From Macrostomum lignano (lineage: Eukaryota), in NCBI GenBank assembly GCA_002269645.1, contig NIVC01000266.1:212818-276817 (forward strand): a stretch of 64,000 nt of DNA, given 5' to 3'. Shown here piece by piece: positions 1 to 11,645 of the stretch; the first letter of the stretch is position 1; the number at the start of each line of letters is the position of its first letter. The notes under the pieces are model-generated. The model saw nothing but the letters and a program-made list of their open reading frames with translations, ran no database searches and was not told where the DNA came from. A program made the position numbers and the translations under genes.

Positions 1-380
1 CCGTCCATAGCGACGCGTCGGCCGTTCAGGGACTAGCGGAATGGGCGCCCGCGCCTTCCCGCTGTGTCCCCTCCGGGACAGCCCTGCAGCTAAGTCAAGT
101 AAGTCCAGGGGGACCTCCCTAGGCGGCGCCAACTCTCCGTCCATAGCGACGCGTCGGCCGTTCAGAGACTAGCGGAATGGGCGCCCGCGCCTTCCCGCTG
201 TGTCCCCTCCGGGACAGCCCTGCAGTTAAGTCAAGTAAGTCAAGGGGGACCTCCCTGGGCGGCGCCAACTCTCCGTCCATAGCGACGCGTCGGCCGTTCA
301 GAGACTAGCGGAATGGGCGCCCGCGCCTTCCCGCTGTGTCCCCTCCGGGACAGCCCTGCAGTTAAGTCAAGTAAGTCAAG
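1..380 (+). mobile_element. Three head-to-tail copies (136-bp period) of the 3' end of the RNase H-containing LINE found at 53875-54824
   Basis: The units match 54686-54824 almost base for base (GGGGGACCTCCCT...CCGTCCATAGCGACGCG...CTGCAG(C/T)TAAGTCAAGTAAGTC). CCGTCCATAG starts at 1, 137 and 273. Confidence 0.9.
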
Positions 381-1451
381 ACTATAATCTTACAACTGTC
401 TACCTGCCTGTCTGTCAGCTTACTAAGATACGAGTAATTTATTCGTTTTTTGATCAGCGAAGCTCACTCTTGGCAGTATATACCTTCCTACTACCCATAT
501 CGCGTCATTTTATTGGGTTTATAGTTTATAGCTTCGATCTTATATACGAGTGTAAGATGTGCCATGTCTGATGGTACGAGTAGCTAATAAATTTGAATGT
601 ATAACAAAAACAAGAGCTAATTATAATTCTAATTCAACGATACTTTTGTCGTAAACATAAAATCTCAGTTTTAATTTCTTCTTAAGCAGTTTTTTTAACT
701 ATACTGTTCGTAGTGTGCAACAACAGTTCGAAAATTATTTGAAGTTAGATTTGCAAAGCATTGAATTGTTGAATGCTGGAAAATCGTTTCAAGTTATGAA
801 GATTTATTTTATTATTTTACTATTAGGGTACACATTACTTCTTGATGTCTCCCTGCATGTCGGTATTTTTTATTATATGCATCAGGAATACACAAGCTTA
901 TCCAAAATTTGTTTTTCTACCAAAAAGACTTTGAAATCGATCAAATATCAAAACTACAAGGAAAAGCAATTCTGCAACAATTAAAACGATCGAATAGGCA
1001 GGTCGCAGCATGTCGTATTAAATCGTTCGTTGGTTAGTGACTAGAGAAACGCGAAAGATTGAAGTTGGTAACTCGAAACAGTGCAGTCACGGCATACATT
1101 GAAGTGCATTGAATTCATTAGTAGTGCTAAAATCATGTAAGGCGGGCAATTTGTTAATCCAAATATATTGTTATTGATTAAATATGGTGGCTAATTTGTG
1201 ACGGATCGTCTTTCCTAGAAAATTCTATCGCTTGGCTTGAACTCGAACCAACTCGTCTGGCATCTGCCTACTCGTGAAGACTCCCGGGAGACCAAATTAC
1301 TATGCTATGCTAGTCTGGGTCTGTTTGAGTTCGCACTATCACTTAATACGAAGTACCGATGCAGTATTGCCTATCCCTGTCTGTATTCTTTGATGTAGAT
1401 CTTGATTTTGTTTCGCCCCCTATCAACCTGCTCACATTTACTCCAATCTGC

Positions 1452-1725
1452 TCACAAAGCTACACAGCCGCCCTTCTCTTTAAACGGATTCTCAGTCTGC
1501 TTGGTGAAACCGTTGATCAGCATGTCATCGGCAGAGCGATCCTCGCAGTACTTGATCAGCTCCGCCACTGTCTGCGACACTGACAGGCGGTTCAGGCCGG
1601 CCTCCACCCGCAGCTGTTCCACCATGCAGCGCTGCACCGCCAGAGCGTCAGCCAGTTTGCTCACTGAAATCGGTAAATTAGGTTTGGAATCCTAGCAGTT
1701 GTGGCGTCTTCATCCGCAACTTACT
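1452..1725 (-). CDS. GNG: G-protein gamma subunit (paralog 1), join(1725, 1663..1452), 70 aa
   Basis: Translates to MSKLADALAVQRCMVEQLRVEAGLNRLSVSQTVAELIKYC...NPFKEKGGCVAL, a GGL domain with the NPF motif and a C-terminal CaaX. The ATG is completed by a 61-nt GTAAGT...TTTCAG intron (1724-1664). Confidence 0.93.
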
Positions 1726-1764
1726 GTTCCACCTGTAGTGTCTCGTCTGTTTGCTGTCACGCAG

Positions 1765-2140
1765 ACCCAATTGACACTCAGAAACTGCTGCAGTCCGAGA
1801 CCCAATTGACCCTCAGAAACTGCTGCAGTCCGAGACCCAATTGACCCTCAGAAACTGCTGCAGTCCGAGACCCAATTGACCCTTAGAAACTGCTGCAGTC
1901 CGAGACCCAATTGACCCTCAGAAACTGCTGCAGTCCGAGACCCAATTGACCCTCAGAAACTGCTGCAGTCCGAGACCCAATTGACCCTCAGAAACTGCTG
2001 CAGTCCGAGACCCAATTGACCCTCAGAAACTGCTGCAGTCTGAAACCCAATTGATCCTCAGAAACTGCTGCAGTCCGAGACCCAATTGACCCTCAGTAAC
2101 TGCTGCAGTCCGAGACCCAATTGACCCTCAGTAACTGCTG
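1765..2140. repeat. 35-bp minisatellite (GACCCAATTGACCCTCAGAAACTGCTGCAGTCCGA), about 11 copies
   Basis: Direct reading of tandem units. Confidence 0.95.
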
Positions 2141-3654
2141 TACTCCGCAAAGTTATGAACCTCGTTCCTTTTTGCAGCTCTGTGCATAACTAAAATCAGC
2201 AATGACGCTTTCAACGCTTGCGAGTAAAAACAATTTTTCTTGAGAGAACTTGACGGATCCTTACTTTTCTAAAGGTAGAGAAGACGGTCTCACGGAATGC
2301 TGAGCACAGGAGAGAAGAACACTTTTTTTGCTTAGGAAAACCTTCACGCTGCGTTTCCTGCTGTGAGCGACGCTGTCTGCATTGAACTTGAATTGAAGCC
2401 GCCGAGAGATGGCCTCTTTGTATAGGATCTGTACCAATCCTCTGGAGTGGCTGCTGCCTAATTCTCAAAAGCGCAGCTCCCATTGGTCGATGGCCTCCCC
2501 CTTGACTGCAACCGTGGCTGTAATCCCCCCTGCAGCCCATGGGATATGAACTATGCTATAGACCAGGCATGCAATTGTCGTGCAGACTGCAACAGCTGCT
2601 TTTTACTGGTGGCGTTGAAGACACGCACGCCCCCGTCCTCCCTGCCTGCCTGTCTTCTGGTACTGCGTTCCCTCCTCCCCAGCTACTCCCTGAAATTGGA
2701 AATTCTGCCTTGGGTTGCCTGCGCCCCTTATTCTTCTTCTATTGCTTCTTCCAGCGCTCCTGTATTCTCCATACTCGTATTATTATTCCCCTTCGCCAAG
2801 CCAGCAACCGTAGGAATAGCGTAGCAGCAAGTCAAGTCCCACACAGGCCATATTCAACTGTCAACTAACTGAAACGGTGTATCTTTCATTTTCCCTTCTC
2901 TCCGTTCACACGAACTCCCATTCCCCTCTTTATGGACGGGCGCGGTGCGGAGGCAGAAATGACCAGGCCTTCCAATTTGCAATTCGAGATGGCGGGTGGT
3001 GGCGCAAAGTGCAAATTTGTGGAGCTTTCGGGGTGTGGAAAATTTACATTAGCTATTGCTGCTCCCGGGGCTGGGCTTGGCAGATATGCGTTTTTTAGGG
3101 CCACCCGTCATGGCCTATGCAGCGTCATGCAGCGCTTTCATCCCGGCAAAAGCGAACCCTGAATGCATGGGCTTTATATGCACCCCGGTTTCAGCCTTTC
3201 ATAACTCCGCTCGATTTCCGCCCTGCCAGAGGTTTTTGTTCGTCCGAATTTTCTAATTGGCATGGCCAACCATGGAAACTATTTTGCAATAGTAAAATAT
3301 ATTTTACGTTGTGGTCTCATTCTTCATTAATGAGCGTAGCAAATATCGCAAAAATGACCAGTCAATGAAACGGTAGTCTTAGCTCGTACGAAATTGCTCA
3401 CTTTGAACTCAATAATATTATTGTTTAAGAAGGTTCGAGACGATGTGGCACTGAGTTCGTATACGCATCGGCCTCTGAGGCTCTGGATCCTGCGGGGTCT
3501 ATGTGGGCAGCTGATCTCCCACTTGGAAAAATAGCTCCACTGGGAGTACCGCGTGTAGAGTAATTTAAGATAACTTTTGAATTATTTGGTTTTTACTTAA
3601 ACCTTAATTGGAATTGTTAAGAAACAACAGTGAGTGGCGTAGGGCCCACATGAG

Positions 3655-4006
3655 TGTTACATGTACTCGTAAGACTTAAATTTAGGCCTAGGGAGTTAAG
3701 TGCAGATAAGAAAAGGAGCGGTAGAGTGCGCGACTGAAGAAAGAGACGAGATTGAATAGCCAATCAGAAGGCAGTGAGGGAAAGAGATAAGAGAAGGAGG
3801 GTGGAGTGCGCGACTGAGGAGAGGCGAGATTGAATAGCCAATCAGAAGGCAGTGAGGGAAAGAGATAGCTCGTAAGAGAAGGAGGGTGCAGTGCGCGACT
3901 GAAGAAAGAGGCGAGATTGAATAGCCAATCAGAAGGCAGTGAGTGAGAGAGAGAGAAGAATAACAAGACTGGACTGGACTGAACTGAGAGGGAGAGAAAA
4001 CAGAGT

Positions 4007-4082
<76 letters not shown>

Positions 4083-4158
4083 GAGGGCTGAAGAGATGAC
4101 TAAGAAAGTCACGACACCGCGTATGACGTATATGACACGCGCCAATCACATGGTTACA
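3655..4158. mobile_element. LTR-like interspersed repeat remnant with tandem CCAAT-box units and (GA)n at 4008-4080
   Basis: Begins TGTTAC and ends GTTACA, and contains repeated AGCCAATCAG boxes. A diverged second copy lies at about 29620-29850 (shared GGGCCC, TGCAGATAA, GGAGTGCG, CCAATCAGAA, AATAACAAGA, GATGACTA(A/G)GAAAGTC). No TSD found. Confidence 0.45.
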
Positions 4159-4794
4159 GTATCCAATATACTAAAAATGGTCTGTCTGTGTCTATCTATC
4201 TATCTATCTATCTATCTATGTGATCGATTAGAGAAAAAATGGCTGGACAGATTTTGTTCGAACTTGCACTGTTCGATCAGAAATTTTCCCGTGACTGTAC
4301 ATGCATCGTGGCTAAGAAATTGCTCGATGCTAAAGGCATTAAATATTCGAAAAACATGCTTTTTTGCAAAGGTCAAGCAAACTTTTCGACTTGAAATGCA
4401 TTGTAAGAATGCTAGAGAAAAAACTGACTGGTTGAATTCTGATTCTGAAATAGATTGCATCATAACTAAATTGTAACTCCGACTTGAATTGGAAATGCAG
4501 TGTGAAAGCGTAGCACCAGACTTGATTTAAATTGCGTAACCATATTGTTAACTGATACCGACTGACTGAAAAACTGATTATGTCATAACTGCTTTGTGTG
4601 ATTTACTCTATGCTTGGATTTAAAAGTGTTAAATTATATAAGTGCAAAAGTTGATGTTATCAAAACGATGAGAGCTAGCCTAGAGGTGAACAAACTGAAC
4701 TGCTAAATGCAGCGACGATGGTTTGAATTTTCATAGAGTATAATTTTTTAATTAAATCTTTTCAACGTCAGAAAAACTAAAAGACTTTTTAAAA

Positions 4795-7120
4795 AGAAGC
4801 GTCATGTAAACAATCATAGAAGTGTCATGTAAAAAATTATAGAAGCGTCATATAAAAATCATAGAAGCGTCATTTAAAAAATCATAGAAGCGTCATGTAA
4901 AAAATCATAGAAGCGTCATGTAAAAATCATAGAAGCGCAATGTAAAAAATCATAGAAGCGTCATGTAAACAATCATAGAAGCGTCATGTAAAAAATCATA
5001 GAAGCGTCATGTAAACAATCATAGAAGCGTCATGTAAACAATCATAGAAGCGTCATGTAAAAAATCATAGAAGCGTCATGTAAACAATCATAGAAGCGTC
5101 ATGTAAACAATCATAGAAGCGTCATGTAAACAATCATAGAAGCGTCATGTAAACAATCATAGAAGCGTCATGTAAACAATCATAGAAGCGTCATGTAAAC
5201 AATCATAGAAGCGTCATGTAAACAATCATAGAAGCGTCATGTAAAAAATCGTAGCAGCGTCATGAAAAAATCATAGAAGCGTCATTTAAAAAATCATAGA
5301 AGCGTCATGTAAACAATCATAGAAGCGCCATGTAAACAATCATAGAAGCGTCATGTAAACAATCATAGAAGCGTCATGTAAACAATCATAGAAGCGTCAT
5401 GTAAACAATCATAGAAGCGTCATGTAAACAATCATAGAAACGTCATGTAAAAAATCGTAGCAGCGTCATGAAAAAATCATAGAAGCGTCATTTAAAAAAT
5501 CATAGAAGCGTCATGTAAACAATCATAGAAGCGCCATGTAAACAATCATAGAAGCGTCATTTAAAAAATCATAGAAGCGTCATGTAAACAATCATAGAAG
5601 CGTCATGTAAACAATCATAGAAGCGTCATGTAAACAATCATAGAAGCGTCATGTAAACAATCATAGAAGCGTCATGTAAAAAATCATAGAAGCGTCATGT
5701 AAACAATCATAGAAGCGTCATGTAAAAATCATAGAAGCGCCATGTAAAAAATCATAGAAGCGTCATTTAAAAAATCATAGAAGCGTCATGTAAACAATCA
5801 TAGAAGCGCCATGTAAACAATCATAGAAGCGTCATTTAAAAAATCATAGAAGCGTCATGTAAACAATCATAGAAGCGTCATGTAAAAAATCATAGAAGCG
5901 TCATGTAAACAATCATAGAAGCGTCATGTAAACAATCATAGAAGCGTCATGTAAACAATCATAGAAGCGTCATGTAAACAATCATAGAAGCGTCATGTAA
6001 ACAATCATAGAAGCGCCATGTAAAAAATCATAGAAGCGTCATGTAAACAATCATAGAAGCGTCATGAAAAAATCATAGAAGCGTCATTTAAAAAATCATA
6101 GAAGCGTCATGTAAACAATCATAGAAGCGCCATGTAAACAATCATAGAAGCGTCATTTAAAAAAATCATAGAAGCGTCATGTAAACAATCATAGAAGCGT
6201 CATGTAAACAATCATAGAAGCGTCATGTAAACAATCATAGAAGCGTCATGTAAACAATCATAGAAACGTCATGTAAAAAATCGTAGCAGCGTCATGAAAA
6301 AATCATAGAAGCGTCATTTAAAAAATCATAGAAGCGTCATGTAAAAATCATAGAAGCGCCATGTAAACAATCATAGAAGCGTCATTTAAAAAATCATAGA
6401 AGCGTCATGTAAAAAATCATAGAAGCGTCATGTAAACAATCATAGAAGCGTCATGTAAACAATCATAGAAGCGTCATGTAAACAATCATAGAAGCGTCAT
6501 GTAAAAAATCATAGAAGCGTCATGTAAACAATCATAGAAGCGTCATGTAAAAATCATAGAAGCGCCATGTAAAAAATCATAGAAGCGTCATGTAAACAAT
6601 CATAGAAGCGTCATGTAAACAATCATAGAAGCGCCATGTAAACAATCATAGAAGCGTCATTTAAAAAATCATAGAAGCGTCATGTAAACAATCATAGAAG
6701 CGTCATGTAAAAAATCATAGAAGCGTCATGTAAACAATCATAGAAGCGTCATGTAAACAATCATAGAAGCGTCATGTAAACAATCATAGAAGCGTCATGT
6801 AAACAATCATAGAAGCGTCATGTAAACAATCATAGAAGCGTCATGTAAACAATCATAGAAGCGTCATGTAAAAAATCATAGAAGCGTCATGTAAACAATC
6901 ATAGAAGCGTCATGTGAAAAATCATCGAAGCGTCATCTTAAAAATCGTAGAAGCGTCATGTAAGAAATCATAGAAGCGTCATGTAAAAATCATAGAAGCG
7001 TCATGAAAAAATCATAGAAGCCTCATTTAAAAAGTAATGAAAGTGTCATTTAAAATATTAAGAAGCATCATGGTAGAATAAAAGAAGCGTCATGTCAGAC
7101 ATGAAGGGTGTCATGTAAAA
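4795..7120. repeat. 23-bp satellite (CATAGAAGCGTCATGTAAA(C/A)AAT), about 100 copies, inside the Helitron-like element
   Basis: Direct reading; period 23 bp. Confidence 0.97.
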
Positions 7121-7466
7121 ATTAAATGAAGCTATAATGCTGTGCTGGGGAGAATTACTGAGACGTCAAGGCTCTCAGAGAATAACTGAGATTACGGGGG
7201 GGGGGGGTTTCTGAGATGTCAAAGCAAAAGTCAGAGGCTACTTCAAAGTTCATGTACTTTACTCAATTTTTTATTGCATTCTTTGTTGGCTCGCCACGGG
7301 GGGGCGCTGATAAAAAAAGCGTAATGTAAAAAATAAAAGAAGCTTCATGTCGAACTTAAGAGATTCATTTGGGAATCCCTACGATGTCGAGGCTTGCAGG
7401 GAATCGCTATAATGCTGTAGTAGTGCTATAATGACTCTCAGAGAGAATTACTGAAATTTCAATGCT

Positions 7467-7527
7467 TTAGGGTTAGGTTAGGGTTAGGGTTAGGGTAGGG
7501 TTAGGGTTAGGCTAGGGTTAGGGTTAG
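7467..7527 (+). repeat. Interstitial telomeric repeat (TTAGGG)n, about 10 partly degenerate units
   Basis: TTAGGGTTAGGTTAGGGTTAGGGTTAGGGTAGGGTTAGGGTTAGGCTAGGGTTAGGGTTAG. Confidence 0.9.
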
Positions 7528-8214
7528 AAGGTTGACAGATATTTTTAGATTTCCAAGGCTTATTGGGGGCATTGCTGAGATGTCAATGGGGGAAGTTGAT
7601 ATGTTAAAGCTTGTGGGGGGGGAGTTATTGACATGTCAAGGCTTACAAGGTTTGACAGGAGATTTTTTAAGATTTCAAGGAAATATGTAGCTTATTAAAA
7701 AACGTGTATTGCATTTCTTTGGCTCCCCAACGGGGGGGCGTAGATTGCTAGTAATAAAAATATAATTAAAATCTACGAAGTGCACAGGCAATAATATATA
7801 ACTTTTAAGCTGCAAATCTTATCGATTTATATGATTATATTTACAGTCATAGCATCCGGCAGGATCTCAGCTGCAAGCACCTGATCGCGGTGTAATTTAT
7901 GGCGCCCGCAGCCCTTTTTATTACCATTTATTTTTATCAAAGCCCGGCGCCGCCGCTTTGCTTGCTTCGGCTCAGAGTCAGCCGGAGGCGTCATAAATTA
8001 ACTCAAAAAATGGTTGCGAGTGGCTTTGAGATTGAGTGGGAAATTGCACTTATACGACCTACTGTGGTTGAATGGGCGGCGCGGGCTCATGACCGCAGGA
8101 CTGATGCGGTTCTTCATACAAATATTAGTGCTTCTGGCTGCCGAATGGAGGGAAGCTGAGTGCCAGGGAAGGCAGTGGAGTGACAATTTAGAAAGTAGAG
8201 TGCGATGGATGAGA

Positions 8215-8545
8215 CGGAGTGCCAGATGAGACAGTGGAGTGCCAGATGAGACAATGGAGTGCCAGATGAGACAGTGGAGTGCCAGATGAGACAATGGAGT
8301 GCCAGATGAGACAGTGGAGTGCCAGATGAGACAATGGAGTGCCAGATGAGACAGTGGAGTGCCAGATGAGATAATAGAGTGCCAGATGAGACAGTGGAGT
8401 GCCAGATGAGACAATGGAGTGCCAGATGAGGCAGTGGAGTGCCAGATGAGACAGTGGAGTGCCAGATGAGACAGTGGAATGCCAGATGTGACAATGGAGT
8501 GCCAGACGAGACAGTGGAATGCCAGATGTGACAATGGAGTGCTAG
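8215..8545. repeat. 20-bp minisatellite (GAGTGCCAGATGAGACA(G/A)TG)
   Basis: Direct reading. Confidence 0.95.
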
Positions 8546-9019
8546 ATGGTGATAATAGCTGGTGAAATGTTTAATTCAATTTCAACAAAACTTGTGAAAA
8601 ACTACGCGCAATCATACATTCCTGATGCACTTATATTTTCGTAGTATCTGTTTGACGTAAAAATATCAAACAAGGTGATCGCAGGTGTGATAGCTACTAG
8701 AAGGCGGGGGTCATGCTCTATTTAAATGAAGAACAGTGTCCAGCACATAGGGTTCCTTGTGTCATTGCGGTAAGCATATACATGTACGGGTGGACAGTTA
8801 TGGTGAGACAAGCTTTAACAATGCGTACACCTTGAATTACCGTGTTGGAACTGGCCGTAGCATGAAAAAGGGAGATTTGGGAAATGCGGCTACAAGCAAA
8901 GCAAGCCGAAGGTTCTCGCAGATTGATAAATAATTTAGTATCTTGGGCATGGCAGACAGCTCACACAACATTCCAATTGATATAGCCTTCACAACTGGCA
9001 CAGACTCCAATCGACACAA

Positions 9020-9460
9020 ACTGACACAGACCCCAATTGACAGCCTTCACAACTGGCATAAATTCCAATTGACAGCCTTCACAACTGGCATAAATTCCAA
9101 TTGACAGCCTTCACAACTGGCATAAATTCCAATTGACAGCCTTCACAACTGGCATAAATTCCATTGACAGCCTTCACAACTGGCATAAATTCCATTGACA
9201 GCCTTCACAACTGGCATAAATTCCAATTGACAGCCTTCACAACTGGCATAAATTCCAATTGACAGCCTTCACAACTGGCATAAATTTCAATTGACAGCCT
9301 TCACAACTGGCATAAATTTCAATTGACAGCCTTCACAACTGACACAGACTCCAATTGACAGCCTTCACAACTGACACAGACTCCAATTGACAGCCTTCAC
9401 AACTGACACAGACTCCAATTTACAGCCTTCACAACTGACACAGACTCCAATTTACAGCCT
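9020..9460. repeat. 32-bp minisatellite downstream of the G-gamma-2 stop codon
   Basis: CCAATTGACAGCCTTCACAACTGGCATAAATT units. Confidence 0.95.
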
Positions 9461-9501
9461 CCCGCTGACAGCCCCTTCCTGTTTCTGCCAGCAGTCCCAG
9501 A

Positions 9502-9702
9502 TCAAAGCAGGGAGCAGCCGCCGCTCTCCTGGAACGGGTTGTCCTTCTTGGCAGCGAACCCGGTGACCAGGCAGTCGCCTTCCTTCTCCTTCTCCACGAA
9601 TTGCAGCATCTCGCGAACGCACTCGGACACCGGCTTTCGCTCCAGGGCGGCCTCTTGACGCAGCTGCTCAACCATCTTCTTCTGTTGAGAGATGGCCGCC
9701 AT
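9502..9702 (-). CDS. GNG: G-protein gamma subunit (paralog 2), 66 aa
   Basis: Translates to MAAISQQKKMVEQLRQEAALERKPVSECVREMLQFV...NPFQESGGCSLL, a GGL domain with CaaX. The ATG is directly preceded by the acceptor CCCCCAG; a candidate upstream GTAAGT donor is at 10501. Confidence 0.95.
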   Translation of the reverse strand: MAAISQQKKMVEQLRQEAALERKPVSECVREMLQFVEKEKEGDCLVTGFAAKKDNPFQESGGCSLL

Positions 9703-9759
9703 CTGGGGGAGTGCGGAGCAGATACATGTACATTTTGGACATTACATGATACATGCTAG

Positions 9760-10080
9760 ACATTGTAGACACCTGTTGAACATTACAGATACCTGTTTGA
9801 CATTACAGACACCTGCTGGACATTACAGACACCTGTTTGACATTACAGATACCTGTTGGACATTACAGATACCTGTTGGACATTGCAGGATGCCTGATGA
9901 AGAGTACAGACACTAATTTGACATTACAGATACCTGTTGAACATTACAGATACATTTTTGATATTACAGATGCATTTTTGACATTACAGATACCTGTTTG
10001 ACAATAAAGATGCCTGTTTGACATTAAATATACCTGTTAGACATTGCAGACACCTGTTAGACATTACAAATACCTGATGT
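9760..10080. repeat. 20-bp degenerate minisatellite (GACATTACAGATACCTGTTT) in the G-gamma-2 leader intron
   Basis: Direct reading. Confidence 0.9.
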
Positions 10081-11129
10081 AAATTGCCGATACCCTGTAG
10101 ATATTTCCATTCGCCCGTTTAATACATAAGGGTCTTCAATTGAACATCAGAACAGTCGGTTGCACAGAGATGTTCTAAAACTTTAGGAGAGCGGCCGCCC
10201 TGCTGCAGGCCAAGTCCGGGATGAAATGTCACGCTCCCCGTGGCTTATCAGGCCAGCGCTAAAGCGGGGGGGGGGCACCAGCCGCATGTGGCAGAGCAAA
10301 GAAGTGCTTTGGATTATTTTTGTTCAGCTAAAACCAACTTTGCGCAGTGTGTATGTTTGTATTCAAGCCGCGACACTAAGTCAACACAGCACTTCAGACA
10401 GTCGTGGCTGCAGGAGGGTTCAACTGTCCCCATATTGGAAAAGGAACCCTATTTTAAAATATTGCAGCCCCGGGTCCATGAACAGCGAGCACAGCACTTA
10501 CAGCTGACTACAGGTGACTGCTTCTGGGTTTCTTGCGTCTCACGCTGCCGGTGCAGGTGCAATTCTTGCGCGGAGCTTTCGGTCCCGCTGCCTGCCTGCT
10601 TGGAGCTACAGTTCTGTCTTTATGAGGCTTTGGCGCAGTCAGTGCAACCTTGATTGCCGCAACAGCGCACGAGACAAGCTTAGGGAAGGCATCAAGGATG
10701 TCTCTCTCCCTCTCCTCCCTCTCCCTCCTCTGTACCCTCCCTGCGCCGCAAGCCGTCGCAAACAAGGCGATTCCGAGTGTTCGGAGGTCGGATCAATACG
10801 AATGCGCGGTGCCTGGCTGAAAGCAGACACTAAAAAGGCCATGAGGAACTTCGGTTGCGGGCGCTGCAGAGGCTGCGCATTCAAGGGGTGGGTAGTCCGC
10901 TGCCAGGTGCTCTGCACTCTTCAGTAACTTGCTGTACGCTCTCTGCCGCCTGCCTTCTGCAGGTGTGGTGGTGGAATTTTCACGAATTTAAAACAAGAAA
11001 TGCATCTGACAAGAAATTCAGATACATGAATCCGGCCGTAGAGCTAATGTGGTATCACAATGGCGTCATTTCAAGGTTTTCGATCCTACTGACAAGCAAA
11101 CGCCTTCCTCTGACACCACAGAACATCTG

Positions 11130-11645
11130 ACACCCCATAGCATCTGACACCACAGCCTCCACTGACACTCTATAGCCTCCACTGACGCTCCACAGCCTCC
11201 ACTGACGCTCCACAGCCTCCACACAGCCTCCAATGACGCTCCACAGCCTCCACTGACGCTCCACAGCCTCCACACAGCCTCCAATGACACTCCACATCCT
11301 CCACTGACACTCCACAGCCTCCACTGACGCTCCACAGCCTCCACAGACGCTCCACACCCCGCAATGACGCTCCACAGCCTCCAATGACGCTCCACATCCT
11401 CCACTGACGCTCCACAGCCTCCACTGACGCTCCACAGCTTCCACTGACGCTCCACAGCCTCCACAGCCTCCAATGATGCTCCATAGCCTCCACTGACGCT
11501 CCACAGCCTCCACAGCCTCCAATGACGCTCCATAGCCTCCAATGACACTCCACATCCTCCACTGACACTCCACAGCCTCCACTGACGCTCCACAGCCTCC
11601 ACAGACGCTCCACACCCCGCAATGACGTTCCACAGCTTCCACTGG
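11130..11645. repeat. Compound minisatellite (CTCCACAGCCTCCACTGACG and 9-bp subunits)
   Basis: Direct reading. Confidence 0.9.

Larger units (their letters stand above)
4162..7751 (+). mobile_element. Non-autonomous Helitron-like element
   Basis: The 5' end is A|TC followed by CAATATACTAAAAATGGTCTGTCTGTG(TCTA)n and AAATGGCTGGACAGATTTTG, which resemble Lep1/DINE-type Helitron 5' regions (from recall). The 3' end has a GC-rich hairpin (7722-7739), then 8 nt, then CTAG|T. The target is AT with no TSD. Confidence 0.7.

Noticed and set aside
1248-1320. B-box-like GGTTCGAG motifs here and at about 23315
   Set aside because: No cloverleaf can be folded; at most SINE relics.
2480-2838. GC-rich stretch ending in AAGTCAAGTC, possibly another LINE 3' UTR
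   Set aside because: No ORF remnant and no alignment to the 54.7-kb UTR.
10186-11080. Possible plus-strand spliced exon chain (e.g. ...LRIQG|VWWWNFHEF)
   Set aside because: It needs frameshifts, has no recognisable family, and overlaps the likely G-gamma-2 leader exon and intron on the opposite strand.
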